Shown here piece after piece: positions 60,316 to 64,000 of a stretch of 64,000 nt of DNA; positions within the stretch are counted from its first letter, which is position 1; every line of letters begins with the position of its first letter. Source of the stretch: Octopus bimaculoides (Eukaryota); contig NC_068983.1 of the NCBI RefSeq assembly GCF_001194135.2, forward strand, positions 3,789,999 to 3,853,998. The letters are read 5' to 3'. The position numbers were made by a program, and so were the translations under genes. The notes below the pieces were generated by a model. That model ran no database searches and was not told the DNA's origin. It saw only the letters and a list, made by a program, of their open reading frames with translations.

Positions 60316-61320
60316 TCACGTGAGCACACACGCAGATACACTCACACACACACACACACTCACACGCACACACACACACACACACGCACTGCAAGTTGTG
60401 TGCATTAATCATGTGCCAAGGAGGAGAAAAATTTAACTACATTCACAGAAACGCCATCTTCAGGGACAAGAAAATCCCCATGAGACACAAAACCAAAATA
60501 TGAAATCAGTAAAAACGAACAAATAAGCGAATGGGAAAAGAAACCAGTTAAAAATCTTGCGCAGATATATTTGAAGCGGGGTGGAGGGTGTTGGAACAAT
60601 AGAAAAAAACAAGGCTGAAGAAAGATAATAGAAAAAAAGTTTCTTTAGATTCGCCAAATCATCAATCTCTGTGCACCTCAAAGTTGTCCACTGTTTGAGG
60701 GAGGTGAAATACTTGATGCACATCTTCAGGAAAGAGATGAAGTTGGTACTTCATCGGCTACGAGGCTGAAGGTTCCAGTTGATCAACAGAACCGCCTACT
60801 CATGAAATTAACGTGTAAGTGGCTGAGTACTCCGCAGACACGTGTACCCTTAATGTAGTTCTTAGGGAGATTCAGTATGACACAGAGTGTGACAAGGCTG
60901 GTCTCAGGTACAATTCATCTTTGCCAGCTGAGTGGACTGGTGCATCCTGAAATAAAATGTCTTGCTGAAGGACACAACACGCAGTTGGGAATCGAACTCA
61001 GTACCTTACGATTGTGAGGTGAATGCCCTAACTGCTAAGTCATGCGCCTTCATGACATACAAGCTATTCACTAAGCAATCCAATATTTTCCGCACCCTTT
61101 TGGTACGCAAGCAAATGTCTAAAACTGGAATTAGCGCAACAGTTGCCGGACATCAAATGATTATAAATTTAGCAAAGCGGCGAGCTGGCAGAATCGTTAG
61201 CACGCCAGGCAAAATGCTTGAGCAGTATTTTGCCTGTCTGTATGTTCTGAGTTCAAATGCCGCCGCGGTTGACTTTGCCTTTCGTCGTTTCGGGGTCGAT
61301 GAATTAAGTACCAGTTGCGT

Positions 61321-61375
<55 letters not shown>

Positions 61376-61623
61376 AAATTATAATATTAGGGATAAAAAT
61401 CCAAATTTACAGGTAAAAACTCAATTAAATTCAATTTATTAAAAATTAAAATTAAATCAAGTTTCACAGTATAAAATATATATAGTTTTAGGGAAAAGAA
61501 CCAAGCTTCATGAACTCATCGATGAAAATCCACTGTCACATATAGAAAAATTAATAATTAAAAGCACAATAAATGAGTATAATATAATACAAAGTAAATA
61601 TCATAAGATAATGATAATAAAAC

Positions 61624-61727
61624 GACTACACGTGTTTCTTAACCAATTTTTAAATAGAAAGAAAATTTAAATTGATTAAAACTATCGAAAATCGATTCTA
61701 TTCAAAAATATAGCTAATCTTCAGGTC
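61624..61727 (-). ncRNA. Second hammerhead-like motif with a long AT-rich stem II loop
   Basis: GAC-CUGAAGA-UUAGCUA[long loop]UGGUUAA-GAA-ACACGUGU-A-GUC: core intact, 7-bp stem II, palindromic stem III, GUA triplet. Confidence 0.6.
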
Positions 61728-62699
61728 AAAATACAACAATAATAATTTTCCCTAAAACTATATATATATATGTGTGTGTGTGTGTGGATATAGCTAACAT
61801 TAATAATTGACTTATAAAATGTTTGTTGTAGCTGTTGTGAGGTTGTTGTGATTATGGTTCCTTGGTTCTCTTACCTACCTCCTCCCTCCCCGCCTCAAAC
61901 GATTAAGTCATCACCAATTTGGCTAAACTTGTGTACAGCACTTGCTGGCCTTCAGTCAATTTGGAGACTTGTTAGTTTATTTTTGTGTGTGCGTATGTAT
62001 GTATGTATATGCATGTACCTATGCATATGTGTGTATGGTGTGGGTGTGGGTGTGACCAGTAAAACTGAAAGGAAGAGGAGGAGTTGAAGGATGAGGACAA
62101 ATCAGTAAGGGAAAGGGAAAGGGGGGTGAGAGTGTGGGGAGAGAGAAGTGAAAACAAAGGAAAGCGTTTGTCCCCGGGAGGGGGCGGAGACATTAGACAT
62201 TAGAGATGTGGAATAAGAATTAAATTTCAAAACATTTCTCGTATGTCAAAGCAACTTCGGTTTTCTTCGTTCTTCATTACCCGCCCTTGTTCAACCCCAC
62301 CACACACACAAGCACAAACACACACACACACACGTACACGCATACACACACACATTCACACACACACGTACACGCACACACCCATACACACGTAGACACT
62401 CATATCTCTACATATTTATTCCTGATTTGAACAATACGGAATTGAAACTCGATCTGTAAGATATCGCCATAGCTTGGAAGGCGTTGGGAGCCGATATCAT
62501 TGAAGATCCAGCATGACCACAGTTTAATGGCTGAGAAAAGCAAAAGAACAACAAACCAAATAAAGGATAGAGAATAGAATAAAGCATTATAACCAACAAT
62601 TATGGATTAACAGATAATCCGTCGATGGAATCCATAGATGGCTTAGAACATAACTCATTATCAAGAAAAGAACTCGAGGTATATAGAGTCCCCGGTTAA

Positions 62700-63060
62700 C
62701 AGATGGCTCAGTATGGAGTTGATTGGCCCTCCGTCGGTTACGACGACGAGGGTTCTAGTTGATCCGATCAACGGAACAGCCTGCTCGTGAAATTAACGTG
62801 CAAGTGGCTGAGCACTCCACAGAAACATGTACCCTTAACGTAGTTCTCGGGGAGATTCAGCGTGACACATAAAATGACAAGGCTGGCCCTTTGAAATACA
62901 GGTACAACAGAAAGAGTGAGAGAAAGCTGTGGTGAAAGAGTACAGCAGGGTTCGCCACCAACCCCTGCCGGAACCTCGTGGAGCTTTAGGTGTTTTCGCT
63001 CCATAAACACTATCAAGGCCCGGTCTGGGAATCGAAACCGCGAGTCTGCTGACCTAATCA
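62700..63060 (-). mobile_element. SINE-like family E (related copies at 60740-61050 and 21215-21295)
   Basis: Shared body ggttacgacgacgagggtt.cagttgatc..ctgctcgtgaaattaacgtg; a tRNA-like B box in reverse at the right end. Confidence 0.6.
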
Positions 63061-63264
63061 CTGGGCCATTGCACCTCCATCCTCAAAATCTATTATCAAT
63101 GTGTTTAGACTTTCCCACTCTCATCTTCAGGAGGAAGTGATGTATGTGTGTTGCTGCAGCTTTATAGTAGGCTGTATGAAAATGACTAAGTGATTGAGAT
63201 ACACGCTACTGTTGGAGTTTGAATTTTGACCGCCAATTTTATACGTCATCAGTCAGATGTTTGT

Positions 63265-63500
63265 TGTGGTTTGTGTTCAGTGTGTTGTTTGTGTTTATCT
63301 TAGGGCTATGCTGAGTTATGAATATTGCTTTCATCATTAATCGTCGATTGTTATGGCGAATCCTGTAGAGTATGGATGTGTTGTCCACCAATGTTTTCCT
63401 CCTTACTTTTGCTCTATGCTGTGTGGTGGAATGCATCGCAATTATTCCTTGTTGTTAGTGCATGGTGAACCGACGGTGTAATGTCGTACATGTATGGCTA
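63265..63500 (-). mobile_element. Penelope-like GIY-YIG endonuclease remnant
   Basis: HTCTTLHRRFTMH*..NTSILY..NRRLMMKAIFITQHSPKIN resembles the PLE endonuclease C-terminal half. Confidence 0.6.
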
Positions 63501-63679
63501 TTGAAACAGTTTGTGTCGTATCGTTGAAGCAGTTAGAGTCGTTAGTTTATAACTTACACGTTCGCAACGGAATTTATAAATCTCATTGGCTATCGATAGC
63601 TTGATCACTGATTTTCTCTCCTGGGATTGTAATCAATGTTTTATTGAACTTGCTGAATAAATTCTATCCCAAAGATAGA

Positions 63680-63977
63680 ACTTTGTGTCTGGTGATTTCA
63701 GAGTGTGTAGAATACTTTTTATGCTTTGATACTGGTGATACATTTCCATCTTCAGTCTCCAGCTCCTTACAAACTTTGAAGACAAAAGATCTGGCAACTT
63801 TTAAAAATCGAGATATTTCTAAATTACTATGGTCAGCCTTTATAACTACGATAACAGCATGCCTCTTCATTTCTTGAGTAAGCTGAGGGTCTGCCATTAT
63901 TATTTTCTGAAACAAAGATTATACAGAGTTAGCAAAATATACAGCAATGACCCTAAAAATACCTTACACACCCAGTG
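63680..63977 (-). mobile_element. 5' end of a Tc1/mariner-superfamily element (TIR plus N-terminal HTH)
   Basis: TA followed by CACTGGGTGTGTAAGG end; KRHAVIVVIKADHSNLEISRFLKVARSFVFKVCKE is an HTH-like transposase start. Confidence 0.6.
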
Positions 63978-64000
63978 TATATATATATATATATATATAT

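Noticed and set aside
60425-60470. ctgaagatggc on the minus strand as another hammerhead (also 60720 and 63125)
   Set aside because: There is no matching stem II closure or GAAA, so it is at most a decayed remnant.

Overview
Repeat-dense, gapped animal genomic DNA; the repeat content suggests a coleoid cephalopod, probably Octopus (inference). The six-frame ORF track is mostly uninformative because the real genes are spliced. Two genes sit head-to-head, with start codons only 162 nt apart. On the minus strand is the 5' half of a FANCA orthologue: 20 well-supported coding exons from ATG 45645 down to 1448, plus 2 uncertain exons near the N-terminus; the gene runs off the left edge. On the plus strand is a complete 4-exon NDUFB9 (45808-53844, 143 aa). 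Introns and the intergenic tail are filled with 5'-truncated RTE LINE 3' ends carrying a ~65-nt hairpin VNTR, several tRNA-derived SINE families, Penelope-like element (PLE) remnants, mariner/Tc1, an R4/Dong-like fragment, and piggyBac-, MULE- and hAT-type MITEs. The most unusual signal is a tRNA-headed SINE-like family whose tail carries a PLE-type minimal hammerhead ribozyme. It occurs as an inverted pair at all four loci. A second, different hammerhead lies near 61.7 kb, and PLE reverse transcriptase and GIY-YIG remnants are nearby. Human reference sequences and exon sizes quoted below are recalled from memory and need checking.
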